The position numbers and the translations under genes were made by a program. This document shows, in pieces, positions 49,701 to 63,320 of a stretch of 64,000 nucleotides of DNA; the stretch's first letter is position 1; each line of letters opens with the position of its first letter. A model generated the notes under the pieces. The model was not told the origin of the DNA and did no database searches. It saw only the letters and a program-made list of their open reading frames with translations. The stretch comes from Eledone cirrhosa (Eukaryota), in contig OZ024742.1 of the NCBI GenBank assembly GCA_964016885.1, positions 218,674,001 to 218,738,000 on the forward strand, given 5' to 3'.

Positions 49701-50332
49701 TTCCTAGTGTTGGTGATCTACACAATAAAAGCACCGAGTATATGCTGTAAAGTGGTTGGTGTTGGGAAGGGCATTCAGCCATAGAAAGCTTGTTAAATAA
49801 GGCGTTGGGAGGACCTTTCAGTTTGTGTCAAAAGACACAACAACTTCTCTTCTGCATTCGATAGAATGTATGACCGTACATAAGCAAGATGCAAACCTCC
49901 CGGCCGGTATGGGAGATCAGTAGCACTGTTTGAAAACTGATTTGGTCTATGTAGACATCTCCAACACTTGCAAGAAAGGAAAGCGAACGTTTAAACAATG
50001 ATGATGATGACACACCTTTTTGTTGCCAATGAATGCTAATGCACATACATATATTTATCATTTATATCATCATATGTGTGCGTAATATACTTAGTACAGA
50101 GGACCTCCTCAGAGTCAACAGCCATCCACTCCAACTATGGGTTAAATAGCCTCACCAACCCACAATTGGCCAAGTGTGGTGAGTATGGCTACACCCCTGA
50201 TATGACCAAAACCAACAAGGTCAATCAAGGAGGGGTTCCTCCAACAGGAGTGAGAAGGCTCTGGATTGGAAAGAAAATAACCAAATGATAAGAATTAAAA
50301 GTTTGGTGAAATCAGTTTGTAGCAAAGGATAC

Positions 50333-50493
50333 GATAGGACACAAACAATGAGAACAGGACGAGAGTGAGGGAAGGGTTTCAGATAGTCCCAAATAAGTGC
50401 AAACATTGCAAATCCAACAGCAACTGTACAGATAGCCAGCCGACCATCCATCAACTTGGTGCTTTCAACAAATCCCATTTTCTCAACGAGAAC
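50333..50493 (-). CDS. SPCS2: SPCS2 exon 3
   Basis: [53 protein letters not shown](S), the SPC25 transmembrane region. Confidence 0.96.
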
Positions 50494-52263
50494 CTAGATT
50501 AAAAAAGAAATTAAAGAGAAACAATTTATATATATTTATATGTGAGTGTGTGTGCATAAGTACACACATATATCAGATATCTTGATAATGAATATTGATA
50601 TAATACTACTAAGAGTTGTATATTGTTAATAAACTAGGATTAATTGAATTTCTTTTTAATAATATATTTTCCATAATAACGGGGGACTTATTAATGAAAC
50701 TATTATTTCTTTTGGGTGTACAAAAATACTGGATAATTTCAGCTTGTATTATCTTTAACTTTGCCTTTCATCCTTACGGGGTCGATAAAATAAAGTACCA
50801 GTAATGCACTGGGTAATTGCTGGCATTGTGCCTAACGTAGAAACAATTATCTTTTAACATTTTAAGATATCCAGTTTTTGACACAGAGACGATTGATCGA
50901 AGCAGCATGTTGTTTTTATGCCCTGTCATCTCTGAGTCATAAGTCAGGGCATAAAAACAACATGCTGCTTCGATTGCCTCTAGGTCAAAAACATAAACAC
51001 ACTTTTTTGTTCTCTGTCTTTTTTTTCTTTGCTTTTTTCCTTACAGCCTCTTGGAATGTGTTTACCAGCATTCCGTTGGTATACATCTATTATGCAATTT
51101 ACACCTGAAAATGTCACTGGGTTCTTACGCAACCTGGCCATTGAAATGTGTATAGTGTTTGCAGAAATAAATAATTAAGGAAATTCAACATATTTGGCCT
51201 CCTGTCATTTTACTTTATAATACATATATATATAAAGAGAAAAGAGTATATATATATATATATATAGACAAACTGACAGAGTGAGAGACACAGAGTCACT
51301 GTACTAGAAAGAGCAGTGAAATATGCCCACCTGCCTCCTCCCCCAATTCCGTTTTCGGGGAAAAATGTCAATGGCGAGCATGTAGGTTAGATTAGTTGAA
51401 AACACATGAACAACCTTAATTAGTATCAATTTTATTAATGTTATTAGCGGTCAATGTACAAACAGACACACTTCCATTTTATAAGTATTATAGATGACCT
51501 CTACAGGACTAGAACTGTTCCATTCATAAGTAATTTCCATATAAAATAAAGATGCCTATACTCTACCAACATATCAAGTACCATTATTCCAGATCCCGAT
51601 TGTAACTCCACCCTTTATTATATGTATCTATATATATATATATTTTATCACCATTATTTTACATCCACTTTCCATACTGGCATACAATTGTCCTGAGGAT
51701 ATCCTGAGCATGGACAATAGAATAAAAACAATCTACCCCTACGATTTAAATAAAGGGTTCAGGTTAATATTCCAAAGAAATATGACAGTTACTGGAGAGT
51801 ACAACAGCTGAAACATTGTGATCAAAATAACCAAGATGAGGTTATTAATCCAAATAAATCAATGTATGAGAATGATAATTCCTGATATCAGAAAAAAAAA
51901 ATTGTTTCAGCTAATGTGACTTAAAAGTTATCGATGTTATATTGTTATCTTTTCCCCTTTGTAAACATTTTTTCTTTGTTCTTATTTCAAATTCTTCGAA
52001 AGATGACAAGCAAGCATGCATGGCCATGTGATTAAGATGTTCACTTGCAACTACATGGTCCAGTTTGTCCAAAGCCTTGTAAATGAAATTTGTTTAACAG
52101 AAACTGTGTGGAATCCCATCAAATAGATTGTACCTGTTTTTGAATGGTAAACTTAATTTGTCACTCAATATCACATGATCATCTCACTCTGATTCAGCTA
52201 TTGATACAGCCCTTCTTCCCCCGACTGATTTATACAGAAAAGAATATCATGAAAAAAATATAC

Positions 52264-52347
52264 CTTTTTAGCAGCATCATCCAATGAATTCTTTAAAGCT
52301 GTACCATCCCATTTGTCTACTTTTACAGGCTTATCATCAATTGACCA
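52264..52347 (-). CDS. SPCS2: SPCS2 exon 2
   Basis: tttttag|WSIDDKPVKVDKWDGTALKNSLDDAAKK|gta; 84 nt, phase 0-0. Confidence 0.96.
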
Positions 52348-53629
52348 CTAAAAATCAAAGAAAAACAGAATTGAATAATTCAAAAGTTTTACATATGCTT
52401 TTTAAAAAATAGGAACTGAATGTTGGACTTGTGATTCTTATGGGCTCAACCATTATGTTCTGTTGTCCAATCCCACCCATCCACCTCACTCCAATTAAGG
52501 TACATAACTCTATTTGCATTAATTAGCTTAGTTTCAATTTCACACTGAAGTAACGAAATAGCAGAAAAAGTACCTAACTGTAGGGTCATTAAAGTGACTG
52601 CGAGGGGTCCTCTCCACTCGATGGGTGGGAGGTGGTAAGGGGACGAGTGGGCTAAGGAGGATAATAAGTATGATAGGAAAGGGGGATATAGGAAGATGAC
52701 AAGTGTGATGTCATGGGTGCATGATTGTAGTGGAATTTAGGAGGGGTGCGAAAATGTGGTGTCATGAGTGTAAGGCAGGTGTGGTGAGATTTAGTAGGGT
52801 GACGTAAGAAAGAAGGGAGGGGATATACAGTGATGATGAGAGCAGTTATTAAACAGCTATGTCAAGTGTGGTGGGGGAGTAAAGAGGGTGGACGTGGTCG
52901 TGGATAAAGTGGGCAGGTATAATGATGATGAGAATAGTTGTGGGAGCATGTGGGATATTTACGGAGGCACCTTATTTTTATAGCAGCAGGCAAGTCTTTT
53001 CCAGTACTGCATGTCACTAATCTTTATGGTCCTGTCATCTCTGTTGTGAGGCTCAGCTTTCTATAGTTAGTCTTCACCACTTCATCCCTTATCTTCTCAG
53101 GTTTACTTCTTCAACAGGTCCCATCAACTGACATTTCTCAGCACCTCTTTATACAGCTGTCATCTTCCATATATATCACATGTTTGTACCAGCACAGTCT
53201 GCTTTCTTGTACACTATTTTAAATATTTCTTATACTAAAATTTTTCTCTCACACTTTATGCACACTAGCATTACACATCCACCAGAACATACTTTATTTT
53301 TTTCTAGCCTTTGCAGACTTTCTGTAGTCAACACCCATGTTTTCGTAGCATCTAAGTTCCCATTCAGGAATCATATTGTCTACTCTTCACTTTTTCCAGC
53401 TCCTCCTTACTCTGGCTACCACACTTCCATTGTTGTTTTGGTCACCTAAGTAACAGAGGCTGTTAACAATGTCTAGTAATCAGCCTGGCAATTGTGGAAA
53501 TCTAATTCATATGTGTTCTTAGTGCTTATTTCGTCTGTCCATATATTTTCTCCATTAATCTGCTTGTAATCCTACTACATCTGTTTGTTTATGGATTCCA
53601 TTGTTTGCCTCCAATCCGCTTCAAAGCTA

Positions 53630-54140
53630 AACAGCGGTGCATGACTCAATTCAGTGCCCTCTTCATCAACCAGTACCCTACTTGACGACGAATGCAATCG
53701 CATCAGAGTGGCCCAACGTCTTGGCCTCCGCATGTGTGAGTCACATAAATGCTGTTATGGGGCTGTCATTGACAAATTTGGCCTGCACCCACTGTCATGC
53801 CACCAGAGCGCAGGCCAGTTCCCCTGACATGCTGCTCTCAACGACATATTGAGAAAGAGCCTGGATGTACTGGTGCCAGCAGGCCTCAATCGCGGAGACG
53901 GCAAGCACCCCAACGGAGTTACCCCCTTCCCATTTGAAGGAGGTAGATCCCTCAGTTGGGACGCCACATGTTATGACACATTAGTCACAACTTAGTCACT
54001 TTGACTACAAAAGACGTTGAGACCTCAGGCGTCCTTAGACCCCGAACTGACGAGCTCCTCCGCGAGGTGGGGTGGCAGGTACAGCAAGTATCACTGGCCA
54101 TTGTCTGCGTAAATGCTTTTGCAGTTTTGTCCGCGGGGCA
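53630..54140 (+). mobile_element. CRE-like RLE fragment
   Basis: [52 protein letters not shown]. Confidence 0.7.
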
Positions 54141-54904
54141 CAACCCCAACACACCGCGCCCTAGCACATCAATCTCCCCCCCCCCCCTCCTGTTCTTCTG
54201 TGGCCCTATAGTCCTTGATTTTCCTCTCATTTATGGCTTTTATAGTCCTTTCCTCTACTTTCTCATACAGCCAGATGTGCCCTTCTTTTCCTCTTCTTCA
54301 TTACTTAATTTTAAGCCAACTTTGTGAATATTTGTAATGTTATTTATTTAAACAACTGTGAATAATAAAATTGTTTTTTTTTTTATTCTCAAAATGAATA
54401 AATAAAAGAATCTATAAGTAATATTTCTAAAACATTAGGTAAGACAACTAATAGCTCTCATTTCTCGAAGCTTCAGATTCCAGAAGAAAAATCCATCTTT
54501 TTGTGAATTTTCGAAAACCTAAATGTAACCCATGCAAGCGTGGAAGATGGACGTTAAACGATGATGATGATGAACAAGTGGAAACAGTTGCTTGTGACAG
54601 GACCCGCTGTAAGGAGTGCTTGATGAATCTGCCCCCACGACTCTCCCAAGAATAAATCTACAAAGAAGATATATTATATATATTGTTGCCTGAATGTCCG
54701 GTTGTAATCACTAAAGAAAGATCCCTCAATATGTAAACGTAGAGATAAATGTACTATATTGTATAAAATACATGGCAAACTGGCGTATACCTTTGTAGGT
54801 ACTCAGAGTTTACCGAAACAAGCTGATGTTGCTTCGGAGAAACTCTGAGCGCCTAGGAACATATATACACACACAGAAACATATATATATATACATATAT
54901 ATGT

Positions 54905-55169
54905 TATGCTCTTGTTTTAACAAATGTATGTAAGCCTTAATTTGTCTTCTACATGTCCTTATACTTGTTTAATATTCAACATTCGTATTTTATGCTTATA
55001 TATATGTGTGTGTGTGTATATATATATATATAAGCATAGTGTGTGTATATATATATACTCACACACACACATATATATAAGCATAACATACGAATATTGA
55101 ATATTAAACAAGTATAAAGATATGTAGAAGACAAATTAAGGCTTACATACATTTGTTAAAACAAGCATA
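54905..55169. repeat. ~110-bp imperfect inverted repeat in SPCS2 intron 1
   Basis: Arms about 54905-55017 and 55060-55169 around a (TA)/(TG) spacer. Confidence 0.85.
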
Positions 55170-55484
55170 CCATACATATGGAGATTCAATAATACTACGT
55201 GGTCACTCGAACCGTTAGAAAGACCAACTATATATCTCACCACCCCCTTATTATTTAAAGAAAAAGGAAGGTCTCATTGGACAATGTAGTCATATATATA
55301 TACACATAAACGAAATGATGAGAAGGGAACCTAGGTCTGATTTACAACAAACATGGGTAGCGGGTAAACAAAAACATGGGATGGAGACGAGGAGACTCAC
55401 ATATGGAATAGTGGTAATATGGAAACATATGAAAGAATAGAAAATAAAACGAATGTTTTGATATTTAAAAAATATAATACTCAC

Positions 55485-55520
55485 TGCACTCTTAGATTTA
55501 TTTTTGTTACTATTTGCCAT
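55485..55520 (-). CDS. SPCS2: SPCS2 exon 1 (coding part)
   Basis: AAAATGGC start, MANSNKNKSKSA|gtgagt, phase 0; total CDS 36+84+161+135+184 = 600 nt (199 aa). Confidence 0.8.
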
Positions 55521-55559
55521 TTTGCTTCTGGCAGCAGAAAAAGATAATTGAGAAAAATT

Positions 55560-55720
55560 AAGGACAGAGAAAGCAGAAAACGGGAAAATGAAAGGTGCTG
55601 TTCATAAACAAACCGGAAGTTGACGTGGATACGAAAACGAGGCTCTGTTAATTATTGCCCTCTGTTGGATACCGTTGTCACAACAACACTAAATTACAGT
55701 TGTGACATTTGCAAGTTTTA
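55560..55720. promoter_or_regulatory. Putative bidirectional promoter SPCS2/IFT81
   Basis: ETS site CCGGAAGT (55613-55620) adjacent to a CRE half-site TGACGT (55621-55626); X-box-like GTTGTCACAACAAC (55674-55687). Confidence 0.55.
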
Positions 55721-55814
55721 TTGTGTACATGGAATATTCCACAGAAGAAGTAAAAGAAAAGAACTTAATATTTTAGGTAGAGTAAATATAATTTATGGCA
55801 AATTATGTTTTTCA

Positions 55815-55975
55815 GCTTGTGGCGTTCGATACGTTTGGTTTGGACGTGTGCCACTGGCAATGAGGATCTTGTTATTGTTGGCGGCTCGATAGTGCTTGGG
55901 TTATTTCAAAGTTTTAGTCTCACCATCACTTGTGGCAATGCTGCGAATATTTTGGATTGTTTCAGAAATTATTAG
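55815..55975 (+). mobile_element. CRE-like 3' remnant
   Basis: FQSFSLTITCGNAANILDCFRNY* parallels 45595-45668. Confidence 0.6.
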
Positions 55976-56439
55976 AGGATAACTCCAGCACCTCTTGTGG
56001 TGTGTCTATTGAGTGTATATTTTCTCCCACTTTTTCTTTCGTTTCTTTAAGGTAAAAAAAAAGTGTTTATTTGTATGCCTAATTATGCTGATATTGGGTT
56101 GTAGATTCTAGCTTCCAGCCATTCTGTCATTCATGTTCCTGCCCTCAGATAGTAGTAACGAACTCGCAGGAGAGTTGGACAGCAAAAGGTCTTCAGAGAA
56201 GAACCCACCTCCCTCAAGCAAGTGTTTCAACCCTTGAAAATATATGATAACCGTCTCCAGTCGATTATATCAGCAGCGTTTCTTTATTACTTCCATATTT
56301 CATTAAATATGTAATTTGAGGCAGATTCCGTTTCTGTTTCTAGCGGGTCGAAGAACAGCGTAAAAAATCCCTTATTAGCACACACACACACATGTACATA
56401 TTGTCGTAGGAAGCGAAGGGGCTTACCTTTGAGTCTTTA

Positions 56440-57300
56440 CACGTGTCCGGGCTGACCTCGACACCCCATATTTCAAGAGCGACCCTTAGTGCTATGTTGC
56501 TGTCATCATAACATACAGTCCTGTTCTCCGATTTGGGTATGTACCAGCTTCCTCTTACTGGGTCCTCTGCCTTTACCCTCTCTGCGATTTCCCACATCAT
56601 GGCCACCGTCCTCTCTCCCACTCTGTCTCCCGAGTTCACCCCATCCACTCGTGACATAGCTGCATGCTGTTCTGAGCCACCCCGCAACGGGAACCACCAA
56701 TTTCTCACATACTGAGAAAAGTTCTAGTATGGCCATGTCAGTGCCCAGTTCTTGGACTTCATTTCCCCTTTAAAATACTAATGTGCTCGTCTTGTCTCTT
56801 CACAGCCTGAATCCCTTCCATCATCTTGGCGGTTTCGCAGTTAACCCGAACCTTCCAAGGTGGCTTGAGACCTCTGCTGCCGGTACTATGGTTTCATCTA
56901 CCAAGGTATCGTCGTTGTAGGAATTGGTGGCCCTCTTCACTTTGTTCACCTTCCCCAGAAGGACGTTGAGAACCTTCGCCATGATCTTTGGTGGCGAATT
57001 TAAACCAAACCCCAGCCTGGTCAGGCAGTATTTTTGGCCCAGCTGATACTTCCACAGCTTTTCATCTACATGTAGCTGCAGATATGCTGACTTTAAGTCG
57101 ACAATCATGGAGGCCCCTGTCATTTGTCTACCCGCTTACATCAGTAGCAAATTATTTTAGGCTTCAGCTCCCTGCAGTGCCTTGCCATGTGTTGACCCTG
57201 ACACCCGAAGCACTGTCCTTTGAAGGCCCATGGCCAAGCATTATGAGGACTCTTCTAACCTCATCCTTCGTTGATTGCTGTTGACTCCTATCGAATTCCA
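56440..57300 (-). mobile_element. Decayed LTR-type (Ty3/gypsy-like) RT-RNase H fragment
   Basis: VDLKSAYLQL, RLGFGLNSPP, SYNDD, YDDSNIALRVALEI. Confidence 0.7.
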
Positions 57301-58509
57301 TCTCTCGCCCCTCGCATGACCTGCCCTACATATCCGGTACCCTAGCCCCACATTTATATAGGTAGTGATTATATATTGTAATTCCGTTTATTTTTCTTCC
57401 TTAAAAAAGGTGTCCTTTTTCAAAATTTATTTGTAAACAAGAATTATTTCAATTAAATTACGTACCTGAGATATGGTCGTGTTGGTGTTCCAATAAAAGC
57501 ACCCAGTCCATCCTATAAGGTGTAGTGCTGGTGTGATGACAAAAAGTACCCAGCCTACCCGGTAACGTTGTAGTGTTGGTCTGACAATAAAATGCTTACA
57601 AATTACATGCTGTAAAGTAGTTGGTGTTAGGAAGGGCATTCAGCTGCAGAAACCAAGCCAATTACGAGCATGACATAGTCTCCTGGCCAGTCTAGCCTTA
57701 ATATGTGACAGCCCATCTAACCTATGCCACCATGGAAAATATATGTTAAATGGTGATGATGGTGAGATGTAGAAATGGATGGCAATGTCACTGGTGGCAA
57801 ATTCTGTAGGCCTTTGCCTTTCGCTTGGATGATATTGGTGGTGTGGAGAGGGGACACTGGTATGCATGCGATTTCCACAAAAACACCTTGCCTGGTATAG
57901 AGCCATGGAGAGGAAATTTCTAGGTGCAAAACTCATGGTCATTCATGACTGAAGGCAGTCATCATCATCATCATCATCATCGTTTAACGTCCATATTCCA
58001 CGCTCGCATGGGTTTGGACGGGAGTTTTCCCACTTGAGGCAAGAGTGGTTGTCTTGCTCGCATAGGACTGTGTGGCGGGTTTTCTACGGCTGGATGCCCT
58101 TCCTAACACCAACCACATTTACAGTGTGGAACTGGGAGGTTTTTACCGTGTTACCTACACGGCCACATTACAGCGTGGACTGTGTTTTTTTTGTCGTCAT
58201 ATATATATATCATCATCACTCTTTAACATCCATTTTTCTATGCTAGTATGGGTTAGACGAGGTGTCTCATTGTGAAACAAGTCAGATCAGATGACCGTGT
58301 CTTGCTCATACAGAGCTGTTTCTGGTTTGGTTTCTATGGCTGGATGCCCTTCTTAACACCAACCACATTTACTGTGTGGACTGGGTGCTTTTTATCGAGA
58401 GACCAAAACAACCAACTGACAGGTTGGACTGAGTGCTTTTTGCCGTGTTACTAACACGACCACTTTACAGCATGGTCTGAGTACTTTTTGATATATATAT
58501 ATATATATC

Positions 58510-58940
58510 TAGGGCAGGTAAAATTCCCGGGATCCATAGACAGTTTTCTCCAGCGGTCTCTGTCCCTCATCATCGCTGCCATGTCCTGCATCTCCAAAAG
58601 ACCAGTGTCTATCCTTAGGGCATCAACATATGTCAACCTCGGACTTCCTCTTCCAGTGTGTCCATGCAGGGGCTCCCACAGGAGCACTGAGTGTAATGTA
58701 AACTCTGGATGTTGGTGAGCATGTCCAGCTAACCTCAGTCTCCTCTGAGCTACTTTCGAACTGACTTTTGGGAGGCTCCCGTACAGCTCTGAATTCTTTC
58801 ATCCTCAGTGTATACTGATTAATGTTCAGAGCCATCCTCAGCATTCTCGTGTAGCACCCATCCACCATCTGAGTGAGTTTCATGGTCAGTGTCCAAGTCT
58901 CAGACCCGTACAGCAGCGCAGACTCCACTACAGCAACGAT
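58510..58940 (-). mobile_element. RTE 3' fragment
   Basis: VESALLYGSETWTLT..DGCYTRMLR..LLWEP..GRG. Confidence 0.8.
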
Positions 58941-59224
58941 GTGTGTGTATATATATATATGTATCGAAAAGCAGACGTAAAATGATGATGATGATAATTA
59001 TGTAAATAAACCTCACTTTCTAATACATATATGCATATATACGTGTGTATATATGTATGTATACATATGTCTGTATGTATGTATATATGTGTGTATATAT
59101 ATATGTAATATATATATATACGTGTGTGTGTGAATTTATATGGTTATATATGTGTTTTGTGCTAGAGTGAATTTTGTATGGTTTGAATATATAACCACAG
59201 GGTTAGTAATTTAAAGCTTCAACC

Positions 59225-59855
59225 TTGGCAGTATCGGTAGAGGGTCGGACGCCATGCTTTCCAGCATAGTTACGTCCCTTTACGATGTGAGTTCAAATCC
59301 CGCCGAGGTTGACTTTGCCTTTCATCCTTACGGGGTCGATAAAATAAAGTACCAGTAATGCACTGGGTAATTGCTGGCCTTGTGCCAAAAGTAGAAACAA
59401 TATTACTTACCAGCTGATTTAGATGTAGGTAATCCTTTTTACTGATATTCAGCTTGTACCTGACTGGTGTTAAGTTCTGGCTTCTACTGCGTCAATCAAA
59501 TGAGAGATACTTTGATGGAGAACATTTGTTTGAGCTATTTACTAGAGCCAGCAAGCAATGATAAAAACTATATTTCTGCTGACACAACTATTTATTCAAA
59601 AATGTTTGGAGTTCTCTCCCATATTTGCTTCACCCAACAATAATTGTTTCTGATTTAGGCATAAGGCCAACAATTTTGGGGTGAGGCGAAAATCGGTTAA
59701 ATCGAACCCAGTGTGTTACTGGTACTTGATTTTATCGACCCCATAAGGATGAAAGGCAAAGCTAACCTCTACAGGATTTGAACTCAGAACGCAAAGAGAC
59801 GCAACTCTATGCCACAAAGCATGCCCAACACTTTACTGATACTGTCAATCCACCT
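59225..59855. mobile_element. Two SINE-A copies in inverted orientation
   Basis: + copy about 59225-59404; - copy about 59641-59855. Confidence 0.8.
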
Positions 59856-60967
59856 AAAAATAATATTAGCTAACTCTAGTATTTTTTCCTAGTCACCACA
59901 TTTAAACCTGCTTTGTGGTTAGATAATTGGATTTGTAATCATGAGGTTGCAAGTTCGATTCTTGGACTAGGCAATGTGTTATCCTTGAGCAAGGCACTTT
60001 ATTTCACATTCTCTTTCTGCCAGGAGTTACAATTGGTAAATAATATCAGCAATGGAAAGACCAATGGAAACATTGTTTCCTTGGTCTGCTTTGACGAGTT
60101 CTATCCCACTTGTTAAGCAATTGAGGTCTGGAATCTTGTTAATCATACTTGCTGATTATTGCTGATGTTGAAAATATGGGAAAAACTCCAATTTTATTGC
60201 TGGTAACCTTCTCATAGGAGTTGAGTTGTGCATTCAAAGATAATGATAAATTCAATGTTTACAGTGCTACCTACAATTCTGAACTATAAATTGCCCCACA
60301 GAAAAGTTGTTCAGAGGTTTTCCCCACTGTCATCCAAATATTAGATTACTCACCATCGCATTGTCTGTTGCCAATTTTCATTAGTTTGGACTTAGATGTG
60401 TAAACACATTCTAAAACATTTTTATTCATTTCAAGTTGTCTGTCATGCTTTTTTTTAAATTATTGATTTAATCATAGAAGAACAGAGCTTACTTCTCAAA
60501 ACAACCCTTGTATCCTAAATAATAGGTGTGTGTGTGTGGGTGGTGGGTGGGGGGTATCAGTAATTGTATAGTGTACGGTCGTAAATATGGGATTTCTTGT
60601 AATGTTCTTTTTTTGTCATATATAATGTTTTTTTAATGTAAAATATAATTATTATTAGATTCTCCAGCTGCTATATCGATTTGAATTACTTACAATAAAA
60701 TTTCGCCAGAGATAGATTAGCCAAATTTGATAAGTGTGAGGGTGGGGGAAGTCACGATTATTCAAGACTTGAGAGTATATATTAATTTGTTTGTCTCCCT
60801 TATCTTTTTTTGACTTTATATCCTCCATACAGGTATAGTCTGGATTAGACATGACATTAAAGGTTTTAGCTAGCACAAACTTATCTAAAAAGAAAAATAT
60901 ATTGTCTCTAATTAGTTTTTTTTTCTTTAAATGTTTCTTTTAGTTTTGAATCATTGAAAATACTACC

Positions 60968-61111
60968 ATGAGAGACCAACTGAAATTTATTGTTCAAGGG
61001 TTGAACAAGGAACCGTACAATAAGAATTTTAACCTGATATCTTTTGATAGTTTGGAGCCATTGTCATTATTGCAGATTCTCACTGATGTTTTAGCAGAAA
61101 TTGATACAAAG
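60968..61111 (+). CDS. IFT81: IFT81 first coding exon (exon starts at 60944; gene continues beyond the window)
   Basis: [48 protein letters not shown]|gtaggt matches the IFT81 N-terminal CH domain; acceptor ttttag| at 60943. Confidence 0.95.
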
Positions 61112-63154
61112 GTAGGTATTTGTTTCATCCTTTTAGAATTGATAAAATATACCAGTCATACATTGGATTTGATTTAATCAACTGACACTGGCGCTTCCCA
61201 GGTTTCTTCGAGCTAGAATCTATAACTGTGAATCCCAAACAAATCTAAATGCTGTTTACACTTTAAGGGTGGATGAGAGTGTAAACTCCATTGGCCATAG
61301 TATCTTTATGATAAGGAGCACCTCTTGAAATTATTTGCTTTGAAAGAAACAATGATGGGTCACTAATGCAAAAATCCTATACTAGACCTCTATTGGTCCT
61401 CACAATGAGTGTTTCAGTCATTTTATCAATGGTGCAGCCTGCTTGTAAAATTAATGTGTGAGTGGCTAAACATTCCATAGACACAAGTGTTTTTAACAGT
61501 GTTTGGCAGATACAACTCCTTTTTGCCAGCTGTTTTGACTAGAGTAGCTTGAAATAAAGTATCTTGCTCAAAGACAAAATGTGGCACCAGGAATCAATTC
61601 ACAATCTTCAACTGAACAATCAAATCACTAAGCCACATGCCTTCAAGTCATACAATTAACTGAATATATGTTATCATGCCTGATATAGTCAACAAGAGAA
61701 TAAGAATTTGTGAATGTAGACTTGTGAAAAAGCAGTGTCCAGCTTTCTATATGGGTGGACCTACCCTGAATATAGTCAAAGAATCAGTTGATATTTCAAC
61801 ATTAATAGTGAACTGAAGTATTTCAATGTCAATATTGAATTGATGCGAGACAAAGCAGAATGGAGTAAGAAGATATTGCCGTATAGAATTGTTTTTACTG
61901 CCGCTGTCTACTTATCCAATTTATGGAAGAATAATCGCAAACTGCAAAATATTAGGTTTTTCAGAAATGAATGTAGGCTTTATGCTTTTATTTGTTTCAA
62001 CAAACAAATATCTGCAAAAAATATCTTAGAACATCGAAATTTTATGTTACTGGAATAAACTTGTATCTTGGCAAAAATTTGTAGATTCTAATGGTTTTTA
62101 TTTTGATCAAAGTTTATTCTGAAATAAGATATGTCATTTTAAAATTAATGTTTAGAAACCTGCATTAATTTCTGAACAACTTCATTGTTTTTAACCATCC
62201 TATCAATCTGGACTGAGATATATTGGGATGGCCATGACAGGTATAGACATTTATTATGTTGTAGTGCTGCTATAAAACAGCAGTAAGCCAAGGTCATGTG
62301 TGGTTCCTGTTTGTTGCTAGATGAACTGAGCCACTATGAATCAGTTGTCCTGGCTTTGTACAAAGCGAATAAAAAATAGATGACTGATAAATTTCAGAAA
62401 GCTGGTACAATGCAATAGAAATATATACAGGGCAAAAAATGACGAATAAAACAAAACAAAGTAATAGGTTACCTAGTATATTTGAACATGATGATATTTC
62501 AAGACTAATACCCTCTTTTTAAATGTAAAACAAGAATAGTTCAAAACAAAAATGAACGATTGATGTGTTCTTCCTTAAATGGTAGACCAGTTAGAGAAGA
62601 ACACATCTGTTTTACCCACTATATTTGAACATAATATTTCAGGGCTATTTCAAATGTACGGAAATACACTGGGTAAAAACATTACTTTGTTTTGTTTTGT
62701 CATCATTTGCCCTTTATATATTTCCACCATATTGTACTGGCTTTCTGAAATTTATCAGTCATTTATTACATATCTTACAATGTTTCATATTAACTATGCT
62801 ATTTTATTCTGAATAAAAACATATTTATCAATCATTCACAAAGATTTGAATTAATGTTAACATATTAAATACATGGATATGCAAACAGATAGTTAAGCAA
62901 ATGTAAATATATTTATTGCAGAGAGCTTCAAAACTTAACTAGAAATAATTATGTGGTGAGGAAAAAAAACATTTGTTATTAACCAATATTACTTTAATTT
63001 TTTTTTTTTGGCAAGTATGGGAGATAACTCTGAACATATTTCAATCTTATGATTTGATACGCAAAGCAAAGACTTGCTGAAGGAGTGATATTTTGTTGAA
63101 GTCATAATAAAGCAGGTCGGGAGTTCTCTCCCATAGTTGTTAAAATAATTAAAA

Positions 63155-63320
63155 TAATTGTTTCTACTTTAGCCACAAGGCCAGCAATTATCCAGTACAT
63201 TACTGGTACTTTATTTTATCGACCCCGTAAGGATGAAAGGCAAAGTTAACCTCGGCGGGATTTGAACTGAGACTGTAAAGGGACGTAACTATGCTAGAAA
63301 GCATGGCGTCCAACCCTTAA
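63155..63320 (-). mobile_element. SINE family A
   Basis: Near-identical to the 1-140 and 59225 copies. Confidence 0.85.

Larger units (their letters stand above)
44244..50332 (-). other. SPCS2: U12-type (minor spliceosome) GT-AG intron 3 of SPCS2, 6,089 nt
   Basis: 5' site GTATCCTTTG (50332-50323); branch-like TTTCCTTATC (44263-44254) just upstream of TAG, with no polypyrimidine tract between. Confidence 0.88.
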
